Assembly (NCBI GenBank): GCA_964247055.1 | Contig: OZ176053.1 | Coordinates: 6,572,001 to 6,636,000 of the forward strand | Length of the DNA stretch: 64,000 nucleotides | Direction: 5' to 3' | Source: Paragordius varius | Lineage: Eukaryota; Animalia; Nematomorpha | In this document: in pieces, positions 54,154 through 64,000 of the stretch | Layout of the letters: every line of letters starts with the position of its first letter | Position numbering within the stretch: the stretch's first letter is position 1 | Notes under the pieces: generated by a model | What the model was told of the DNA's origin: nothing | Database searches by the model: none | Seen by the model: only the letters and a program-made list of their open reading frames with translations | Position numbers and translations under genes: made by a program

Positions 54154-54408
54154 GAGGCGTAGGTTGAAGCGCGGTACATGAATCCGTGATGGCGCCCCTC
54201 CCCTTCCATGCAACTCCTTGCATTTTAAAAAAATAATCATATTTTAACCGTAGTCATAAATGGGTCATTTTTTATGTATTATTTAAAAATAATAACTTTT
54301 AAATACCTAATTTTTAATATAAAAATTAAATTTTTTTTAAAATCCGGCTTCCCTTCAACTATAGCGCTCTGTGCATCAGCCCTTTCCTCCCCCTTAGCTA
54401 CGCCACTG
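54154..54408. mobile_element. Third copy of the CAGAGGCGTAGC hAT MITE with remnant TSD
   Basis: atcctaa|gaggcgtagg ... tagctacgccactg|atcctaat. The TSD is ATCCTAA(T), with a small deletion at the left junction. Confidence 0.85.
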
Positions 54409-54699
54409 ATCCTAATTTTTTTTAATGAGCAAATAGATAAAAATGTTTGTATATTAACATATAACAAATGCCATTTTTTTATTTTGTTCTGTGCTAGATT
54501 ACAAAAAATTTGGTCACATTAGCTTCTGTGGACGGTACCATCAATAATTAGACAGCAATATTTATATTTACACATTAAATTCTCTCTTTTCATCCTGTCA
54601 AAAATTGGCCAAAATGTATATATTTTATAAAAATTTGAACGATAATAGCTAAAAAAACGCATGGTCACTAATATGTATTAACACTTCGTTAGGTTTTCA

Positions 54700-55225
54700 C
54701 TTTTGTCCTAGTTTACCTTTTGGGTTAGTTTTATATGCCAGAGCTCAATTTGTAAATCTACAATGAAAGTTAATTTAGTTAAAATTAATTATCAAACATT
54801 TTTATTATATATTAGATAAAAAAAGCTTATATTTTTGCAGTTTTGTGACTTCTAAACTCTAAAATTGGGACAGCTCCAAAACACGATTGAAACAAACAAC
54901 TGATATTAAAATCAAAATATATCAAGTTTTGCTGGTAAAATATAGCCTGGAATTTTAAAGTTAATTATTTATATTATCTAACTATATAATAATACATTTA
55001 TTTGCCAGTTGCACTAGCGTATAAAAAAATATATAGGAAGAAAAATGGCGGAAAAAAAGTTTCGAGGATTTTTTTATTTTAAAAAATTATTATTATGCGC
55101 CTTAAATACTAAAGACATATTTTTATATTCGGCTTACCTTATATACTTTTTAAGATATTCGAATTTCAAATCGCTTTGGAATATAAAACTACCCCAAAAG
55201 GTAATGAAGTGTTAAAAATTTAAAT
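54700..55225 (+). repeat. Second copy of the 22085-22590 dispersed repeat
   Basis: Colinear similarity over ~500 bp. Confidence 0.8.
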
Positions 55226-55532
55226 CTTAAACGAATCACTAAACAAGTGGCATAGAAATATATTTAATTAAAAAAATATGATTAATAAATTTATCGACTT
55301 TACTATAATTTTAACATTATGGTATGATAAGAAAAACTCGGTGACCAAAGTTTTTATTGTTTAACAAAATTTTGAAACTGTACCGAATTTGCGGCATGTT
55401 TGACTTATAAAATACATAATTTACTTGACACCTGTTTTTGAATGCAGTTAAACTATTAAAATATAGTTCAAATAACCAATTTTTAGTGCCTCGTGCTATA
55501 CATTAAAAAGCTTTCCCATGAATAAGTATTTA

Positions 55533-55687
55533 CAGTATGAGTAAGTATATATTGCTCGAAAGTTATTAATTATTGCCTAATATAGTAAAAATTGAAAAAA
55601 AATAACTATAAGCCAATAATACTGCCCTTTGTTGTATACTATTTGGTAATAATTAATAACTTTCTAGTAATGTATACTTGCATATTG
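55533..55687. mobile_element. TA|CAGTATGAGTAAGTATA MITE
   Basis: Left TIR as in 1315-1487 with a degenerate right TIR. The interior matches ~13280-13393. Confidence 0.6.
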
Positions 55688-56464
55688 TTATTAGTTTTGA
55701 CCATTATTTCAATACTAAAAGTTTGTATTAAAACAATTACACCCTTTCATTTTATTAAAATAACTCAAACTTATCTATCTAAATATTCTTAATATAACAA
55801 TAATTATACCTAATCCTTGTGAGTCACAAACGTGAAATTCAAAGACGATAAGAATGAATATAAAAATTTTATAAAACATTTTAAAATTATACAGTAAAAA
55901 ATTTGACCAAACGTTAAATTTATATGTTTAAATTTTTTAGATGGTACAATGACCCGATGTATACATATAATAAAAAAATTCTATATTTAGGGTCATAACT
56001 ATTGGTCTTATATTATAGCTCTTTCCCTGTTAAAATATTAAAAACACGAAAAAACCAAAACACCAGAGCTAAATGCATATGGAACATTCATAAACTAACC
56101 AAAAATATCTTATTATAAAAACAATTTTCTCAACAAATTTTATATAAACGATCTTTTAACAAAAATAGATATTTTAAACATCATTCGTACCTAAGGTATT
56201 CGTTTAAATCTGTAAATAAACACAAACAATATAAAAAATATGAATTTATGATAAATCAATGAAATTGAAAACATTGTAAAATAATATTATCACACATATA
56301 TTTATACATTTAAGGGGTAATTAAAATGCAAATCATTCCAAAAATCCAAAATTTTATCCATTGATCAAAAGTTTAAAACCATGGTATTTATTAGTTATTT
56401 ATCAATAATATGAGAGTGAATGGCGAGTTATATATTAACAAAAGCGAACATTAGTTTGAGAATT

Positions 56465-58599
56465 TTATAATTCTTTTTTCAAGGTTAGTGCATCTTTGGA
56501 TTCTAGAGCAAGTTTACGTTTCAAACTTTCTGGCATTTCCGGGGGCGGGGGTCTGGGCATTCGGAAAGCTACTTTAACTGAATCATATATAAACCATTGC
56601 AGGGCAGTTAAAGTACCGATCATAATGATACGTGGAACTAATCCCTTCCATAGACCTATGAAACAATCAGATCATGAAAATTAATCATCATATTAATAGG
56701 TTTAAAACCGGAACTATATGGAATCAAAACCTGTATCAATTAAAGCAAAAGCCGGTTCTTAGATCGACCGGTACCGGCTACAGCAGTTTTGTATCAATAT
56801 ACTATTCTCACTTCACGATTCATTTTGTCCTTAAGGAATTTTATTAAAAAAGGCAAAACTTAAAAGGTAAAAAGGAAATTAATGTAGAGATTGTTCTAAT
56901 ATAAGGTAAAATAAACTAGATGATTCCAAAATTAGATGCATCGTAATTGATTGATTAATAAACGGAAAAATATATAAAAAAGACAATTGAGGATTCAATA
57001 AATTAGTAATATTTTCTTTTACAGCTAATGTCATATCATTTGCATAATTGAAGATTTGTCTAGTTACCCACTCATCAAAATTTCATGATTCCTAAACAAC
57101 CCTTTTCCGCATATTATAACCAAATTATGCTTGTGAAAATCAATACCTGCAAATCCAATTTTTTTCGCTGCACTTGCCATAGTGCTTCCTTTATCCTTGT
57201 TCATGTAAGAAACAATCGTATCAGCAGGGTGGGAAACAATAGCGCAAAATACACCAGCTAGCCAAAAATATTTTGAATTAGTAATTTAAAATGCATAAAA
57301 GATATCATATAAACACGATTAAAATAAAATTGAATTGTAAATGTGACTTGACCTCAAATTGAAAACTATAATAATATCTAGCATTAAACATTAAAAATTT
57401 TATTATTTACCAATGTAACCAGCACAAAATGTAACTAAAAGTTGTTCCGATTTGGTACAATCAGCTCTGGGTTTGGGTACCACATGTTTGTAAAGTGCTT
57501 CCACCGTTCTTTCAAAACAAGCAAATTTCATCATGGTATATGGAATTTGACGACCCCAAAGGGGAACCAAGCTTTTGTAAAATCTAACATATTGCAAAAT
57601 TAAAATTTCATTGTGTCAAAAAACTAGAAACATGTTAAGGTCAGGTCGTAGCAAAAAAAGGAATAATGTGTATCTCAGGAATTCTAACATAATTAAAATT
57701 AAACTAAAACAATTAAATTTTAAAATTGCACGAAAAATAAGAAAATAAAAATCCAATTATAAATAAAACCCCCTAAGTCCCTCTTGTTGCATGATAATAG
57801 GTACTCCAGCTCGCAAGGTACTAACAAAATTGGGTTGTGTTTGAATTCTAACTTTGACGGATTCCATTGGTGAGAGAGCTATGTCGGCAAAAAATTCTGC
57901 ACTAGCACTTGCTGCCAAATAAAGGGAAGTACGATAAAGGTAGGCTTTTTCCTAAAAATATTTAAATTATTTGTTATAAATATTGCTGAAAATAGAAAAT
58001 AAAGCCGATGTAAGGATTTCTAGATTTTGGCCAGGAGTATTTTTGAATATGGACCAAATAATTTAAAAATAATGGAAAAAATTATATGTCCTAAATAAGG
58101 GTAAGATGCCTTTAAAAAGCGAAGAAAATTTTTAGCGTCAAAAAACATACCTCTCCAAGTAAATCAGCATAGACGTGTTTAAAAACTTCGTACAGCCCAA
58201 ACTTACACAGACCCTGTAATGAGTACCCAATAAATGTTGGTGCCCAACCTTTAGCCAAACCGCGCATCCCTTCTTCTCTTACAGTCAAGTTAAATCCTTG
58301 AAATATACCTTTATATTTCCCAGGATCTACCTATAATAATATTTATTATATATCACATCAAACCTGTATACGACATTTAACCAAATCAAGTGGAACTACG
58401 GCAGTGTGTGTTATACCACAACTTAATATTCCACCCAGACCACATAATGCATAGTACTTCATGGATCCATATTCACAGCTATCGTCTTAAAAATATACAT
58501 AAATATACTATTTATCAATCCTTTATTAGGCAAACTATGGCCATCACAATGGACAACTTTGCTACTGGACAACGTGGGAGTTACGAAGGGGAAAGGCAT
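56465..58599 (-). CDS. SLC25A3: Mitochondrial phosphate carrier, 7 exons
   Basis: Exons 58599-58509, 58485-58364, 58330-58151, 57951-57770, 57583-57411, 57257-57147 and 56655-56465. They give [42 protein letters not shown].., [45 protein letters not shown] and [43 protein letters not shown]. Introns 1 and 2 are 23 and 33 nt. Confidence 0.97.
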
Positions 58600-58799
58600 T
58601 TCGACAACTGACAACACAAAAATTTTTGTATAAAATTATTAAAATTTTATAAATTCTTTAATTATTTATTAAATATTTTAATTTATTATTAAAAATCTGA
58701 TCTGATGATACTATGGATGGTGACATATATATGCAATTCATCTGGAGCTATTTTTAGTATTTTTTTTTAATAATCATACAGCACGCTTTTCAATCATGA
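58600..58799. promoter_or_regulatory. 200-bp region between the divergent SLC25A3 and CTDSP start codons
   Basis: ATG 58599 (-) and ATG 58800 (+). It contains a 25-nt GT..AG (58757-58781) that could be a 5'-UTR tiny intron of the CTDSP transcript. Confidence 0.5.
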
Positions 58800-61700
58800 A
58801 TGATGCCTGAAAATACGACAAAAAGTTTAGAAAACAAAACAATAAAGATGTCCTGCAATGGGGTGCCCTTAAAAAATGGGTATAATTATGGTTCCCACAA
58901 ATATTCTAGTGCTATGCTTAAAAGCGTTATGAAAGCAAAATCTAAGAAAGGCATGTTTAAAAACAAAAAATATGACAATACAGAAAATTTTGCACCGCTT
59001 TTAACGGGCCCTCCACCAAAAGATAAATTTGAAATGGATGACATTCAAATGTCCATAAAGTTTATGGAACCATTTATGTGTTGTTTTCCCATTCGTCGAT
59101 TCGCTGATAATGAATCACCCATAAACAAATTATATAATATGTCAGACATTCGTAAGAATTCCAAAAATTACGAAGTTATACCCAACATTCATCGAAAATC
59201 TTTTACGCATCATAATACTCATTTACCAAAAAATGGCTTTTACAGGGCTAATGCACCCCCGTCATTAAAATCTAGTCTTAAATCGTCGGTTGCAAATTTT
59301 CAAAATGTCAAACATAATCATACTGGTGATATGTTGTATCAACATTATAGTCCAAATGCAATCCCTAACTCTGCGGATAAATCAAAAAATAACGGGCATA
59401 TATCTACTCATTCACATCATAAAAAACCGGTTATGCACCAACACATTAACAAGAGTCACCATAATATTGTCAATCATAGTAATGTTTTAAAACAAGGGCA
59501 TCACACATCGCCTAATATTGTTGAAAAACCTCACAGACATAATGGACAACATAGTTTTAAACGTCATCTGCATCAAAATCAAAAACCCACTCTTTTGACA
59601 TATTCCGATTCAACTGATCACGCATTACAGTCGTCTGCATTTGTTCCAAACTCACATGACATGCTATCAACTACTCAGGGGCATAAACCAATTAATGTGT
59701 ATTCGAAATCTCCCATGCCAATGTCTATGGATTCTTTAGTAAGTTCCCTTTATCTCGAATTTTTTATATTTACCCAAATCGTATGTCACTTAAAAAATTT
59801 CCTATACTTTATCACTAAATTTTTTGTGTTACTGCTAACCGACTAAATCAGTGGTACTTAAACCGTGCCTCACGGACCGCATGCGGCCCTAAAAGTGCTT
59901 TTTGTGCGTCAGCATCATTTATCTGTGGTAGACTCTGCTAATATGAGCTTTTTTCAATAAAGCGTTCTGATCATCTTGTATTTTACCGAATTTGAATAAA
60001 GCTTTCACTCTTTAGTAGAAAAAGTTAGGAGCATACTTTTCCACAAAGTTAATGATTTTTGATTAAAATATTAAATTTATACATTATTTAAACAAGTATT
60101 TAAAACTTTGTATATTTTTTAATAAAGGCTCATCATGCGGATAATTACGCATGTGTATCTAAATTAAAATATCTGCATATGTATCAGATATGCAATATTC
60201 ATCGGTATTGAAATATTTTATTCGCCCTTGTAATAATTTTGGCGAACATTACCCGGCCAAATTATACATCATAAGTTATTGTATATTTTTTTGTTCATTA
60301 AATTAGCAAAGCTTAAACATTTTGTTTCCGTTTTATATTTTAATTTTTGTGTTATTATTGAATACGTTTATTTGGCAATATTAATTAAAAATTAATTCTT
60401 GTTAATATTAATTGAATAAGTGTAATATTTATTAATTGCCATCACCAGTTTACATATTAATAATTTCAAATTAGTTTTCTCATGGTATTAATCCCTGTCT
60501 CAGTAGGCGCTAAATTTACCAACACAAAATGCTTTATTAATTTTTATTTTTATATTTGTCGCAAACGTTTTTACGCATAATAATTGCTTATTCATTTTCG
60601 ATAATCAAAAATCGTTAAAAATGTGCACAAAAATATTTTTGGTTTAATTATTTTTAGTATACCGTTTTTCACAAGATTAAAAATATATTATAACGTCGAA
60701 ATATATATTTTTTGACTTACAATTTAGTTTTTAGGAATATTATTATGGAAAACGCAACAATTTTTAATTATTATGTATCTATTAATAAAATTAAATTTAA
60801 TAATTATGACTCTTTTTATTATACGGTAGAATATTTAGTACATTACTTGCCAAATCTCTAATAATAACCAATTTTTATTGGACACTTTAGTGGCTGCCAA
60901 CATCTATTATGGTTGAAATAAAAGTACTGGATAGTTATAAGTGTAGGCGATTTAAATTGTTTTTTTTTTGTTTTCATTGTTGTTATGGCCAAAAAGGTAA
61001 TGGCTATTATTGACTTACACGACTTTATTTTTTTTACGCAGTAATATTTTAACTACTATTTGTTTTCTCCGTTAAAAGTAGTGTACCTACAATACTTTCC
61101 ACAGCTTTTTTTAACTTTTAAATTTCAATATTTTAGGAATATGTTTACTTTATCGCTATTACACTTGACTCGTAATGAAAATTCTTCGGGTGTTGAACCA
61201 TTTTTATCTAAATATTTTTTCCCAACATACAATAAATCGGTAAGTAAAGAATCGCACACCAATTTTTATGAAAATGATTCAAAATTTACCAATAATATTG
61301 TAATTTCTTCCAATCAAAATCATTCTACGGGTTGGAAAACGGTAAACCTTGTATAGATATTTAGAATGTTAATAACATTTTTTCATAATTATTTTATTTT
61401 TCATATAGCGTGATGTGATACATTCTGTGAAACTAAATGATACGAACAAAGAGTGCAATAATATATCCCCTAAATTTGTTACGAGAGATTCAAAAAAGTA
61501 TCAGGGAACATTTTTGTCCAAAGACAATACTGCTAATAAAAATAAAGCTATAACACAAGAAATTAATAAAGACACGTCTCACCATAAGCACGAAAAACAA
61601 AATGCGTATAACGATAATAAGGATGAAATAAGTCGAACCTATGAATTACGACAGAAACAATATAGCCCAAGTTTCATTAAATCACCCCCGTTACCATCCA

Positions 61701-61880
61701 AAGAATGTTTGAATGATATAATTCATTCTATATCCCCTCATCATGCTGCAGAAAAGACGTTAGCACAAGATGGATCATTCGAGAATACCGGGAATCACAA
61801 TGGGCATAGAAATATGAAAGCTCATCATAATGCTTATCAAAATGACCATAATTCAATCCATAGTCCTCATGGTGTTAAGG

Positions 61881-61934
<54 letters not shown>

Positions 61935-63723
61935 CAATAATGAATGTCATAATATTTCTTTCATGTTTTGCTGTTGTAGGCGCCTACAATATCATTTATT
62001 TCGTTTTTATAGACCTATGTGATTGTTTTCTGCCAGGTTTTGTGGGAAAGGCCTGGGAGAGCTTTTAAATAAAATATAATATTGAATCTTTTTTAAAATA
62101 TTATCATCACTTCCTCCTTTTATATGCCCTAACCACCTTAGTTTTTGGTTTGGATTATACGTTTTTATAATAATTTTGACTCATAACAATCTTTAAATAG
62201 ATCCATGGGTTATATAGTTTAAACCAAAAAAATAAAATTATGTTATTTGATAATTAATGAAAAATTAGCAATGTATACTTGGTCATAAATGTTTGTTTAG
62301 TTGAGATAACAATAAATTTGTAGGGGAAAATAACATGAGGAAATCAAAAAAACCTTACGATAGGGTTTAAGTCAATTAGTATCTGCACGATGTAGACATA
62401 AATTTAAATGGTTGATGGTTTTTTTTGAATACCATCATATATCCTTTGTTTCTTTCATTTTGTTAAACTGTTTATTTTTTATTTATACTGCCATTTTAAC
62501 CATAGAATAATCTGGAAGGCGATGATTTGATTTTCCAATTCGATACAGATGATATGATAAATGGTGTACAACCATATCTTTTACCTAGTCCAAACACTTT
62601 TGATGCTAAAAAATTGTGCGCTGTAATCGATTTAGATGAAACATTAGTCCACAGCTCTTTTAAAGTTAGTGTTAAATAAACTTGGCTTTTTAATTTTATA
62701 TTACTTCCAAATTTAAATTTCTAATAATATAATCCTTTTAATTTTCAAGCATAAAGGATAAATAGCTTTTAGCATTATGCCTTTGCCAAAAGGGCCCCTT
62801 AAACCGATCAACATTTTATAAATAATTTAGGATATATTGATTTTAGTTTTATCAAATGACTGAATTGATATTATTTTTTTTGACTAGTTAAGATTTTGTC
62901 TTAGGTTTTTAAAGTTTTTTTATAAATTAATTTAAATTTACTTTTTTAGCCGGTTGATGACGCTGATTTCGTTATACCAGTCACCATTGAAAACACCCTT
63001 CATCAGGTGTATGTTATGAAGAGACCGCACGTGGACCTATTCCTTCAAAAAATCTCAAGACTCTTTGAATGCATTTTATTTACAGCGAGTTTGGCTAAGG
63101 TTTGTGTTTTTTTTTCAAAAAGTTTAAGAAAACAGAAAATATATTTTTACAAATTACAGTTTATAAATATGAGTTAAACAAATGAAATGTTTATTTAAAA
63201 AGGTATTGTTGTTGTTTAATGGTAAATTTAAATGATATACCATCGATATTCAACGTTTTATGTTCTTTGTCAATACAATCATTTAGCTGATCAGGGTATC
63301 CAGATCAATCTTTTTATACAAAAAACAAATAATTATTAAACTGTGAATATATAACATATATAGTATCGTTTGAAAAATAACGTTTAAATTAATTTTATCC
63401 TACCTATATTAGTATGCTGATCCTGTTGCCGACAAGCTAGATAACGATGGCAAATATTTCCAAGCGCGATTGTTTCGTGAGGCTTGTGTCTTTTACCAAG
63501 GCAATTATGTCAAGGTACATTAAATATATTATCATTCACTCTAATTTTACAAAAGATATTTTTTGACACAAGTTTTAAATATCATATTCACATTTATTAA
63601 CATGATTAACAATATGTAAATTTTATGGATACACAGGATTTAAATCGACTGGGACGAAGCACAGAACGCGTAGTCATTATAGACAATTCTCCTGCTTCAT
63701 ATATCTTTCATCCACAGAATGCG
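58800..63723 (+). CDS. CTD small phosphatase (SCP/CTDSP family) with very long low-complexity N-terminus; last exon(s) beyond window
   Basis: Catalytic exons 62506-62664 ([24 protein letters not shown]), 62950-63099 ([32 protein letters not shown]), 63413-63514 ([23 protein letters not shown]) and 63637-63723 ([23 protein letters not shown]). N-terminal exons are 58800-59738 (contains FMCCF) and 61409-61879. Possible extra exons at 60891-60940 and 61137-61341. The CTDSP1/2/L paralogue is not assignable. Confidence 0.9.
61883..61930. repeat. (TA)n microsatellite immediately after a splice donor
   Basis: Pure TA run following AAG|GTAT at 61880. Confidence 0.95.
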
Positions 63724-64000
63724 GTATTTATACATTTTTTATATTTTTTAAGCAGTTTATATGTGCAGCTTTTCGCTTTTCGACTCAATTCGATTAGGTT
63801 GATGTGATTCATATCTAAAAGATGTTGTTAAATCTATGTGATTGTCATTCATTTTATTCAACGATAAACCGATTATGATCAATAAAAATCACTTTATGAA
63901 GTCATTATAAGATTATCAAAATAATATATTTAGTACTTTAATTCAGTTAAACAGTTGATGAATTTAAATAATTATTGCAATTGATTATCTTAATTCAGTT

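Overview
This is AT-rich (roughly three-quarters AT by eye) eukaryotic nuclear DNA from a metazoan, most likely an invertebrate; the taxon cannot be named from the sequence. Manual exon reconstruction gives eight intron-containing genes. In order: UBE2H (-, 3' end runs off the window), CBF-beta (-), GRIPAP1 (-), FBXL5 (+), a small heat-shock protein (-), an M13/neprilysin-family protein with a destroyed zinc motif (-, 5' end unresolved), the mitochondrial phosphate carrier SLC25A3 (-) and a CTD small phosphatase (+, 3' end runs off). Introns and intergenic DNA hold RTE-clade LINE remnants, several MITE families, a probable SINE, a ~0.5-kb tandem repeat and (TA)n tracts. The most striking signal is a set of 23-33-nt GT-AG introns needed to keep conserved proteins in frame (five in a row in GRIPAP1), coexisting with kilobase TE-filled introns in the same genes. 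Other highlights are an 88-bp head-to-head gene junction, a stop-free 234-nt GT..AG segment splitting the FBXL5 [2Fe-2S] cysteines (insertion or exitron), and the HExxH-to-RQMAQ pseudo-peptidase. All homologies are from my recall of family sequences, not database searches. Splice models are inferred from GT-AG sites, phase and protein similarity.
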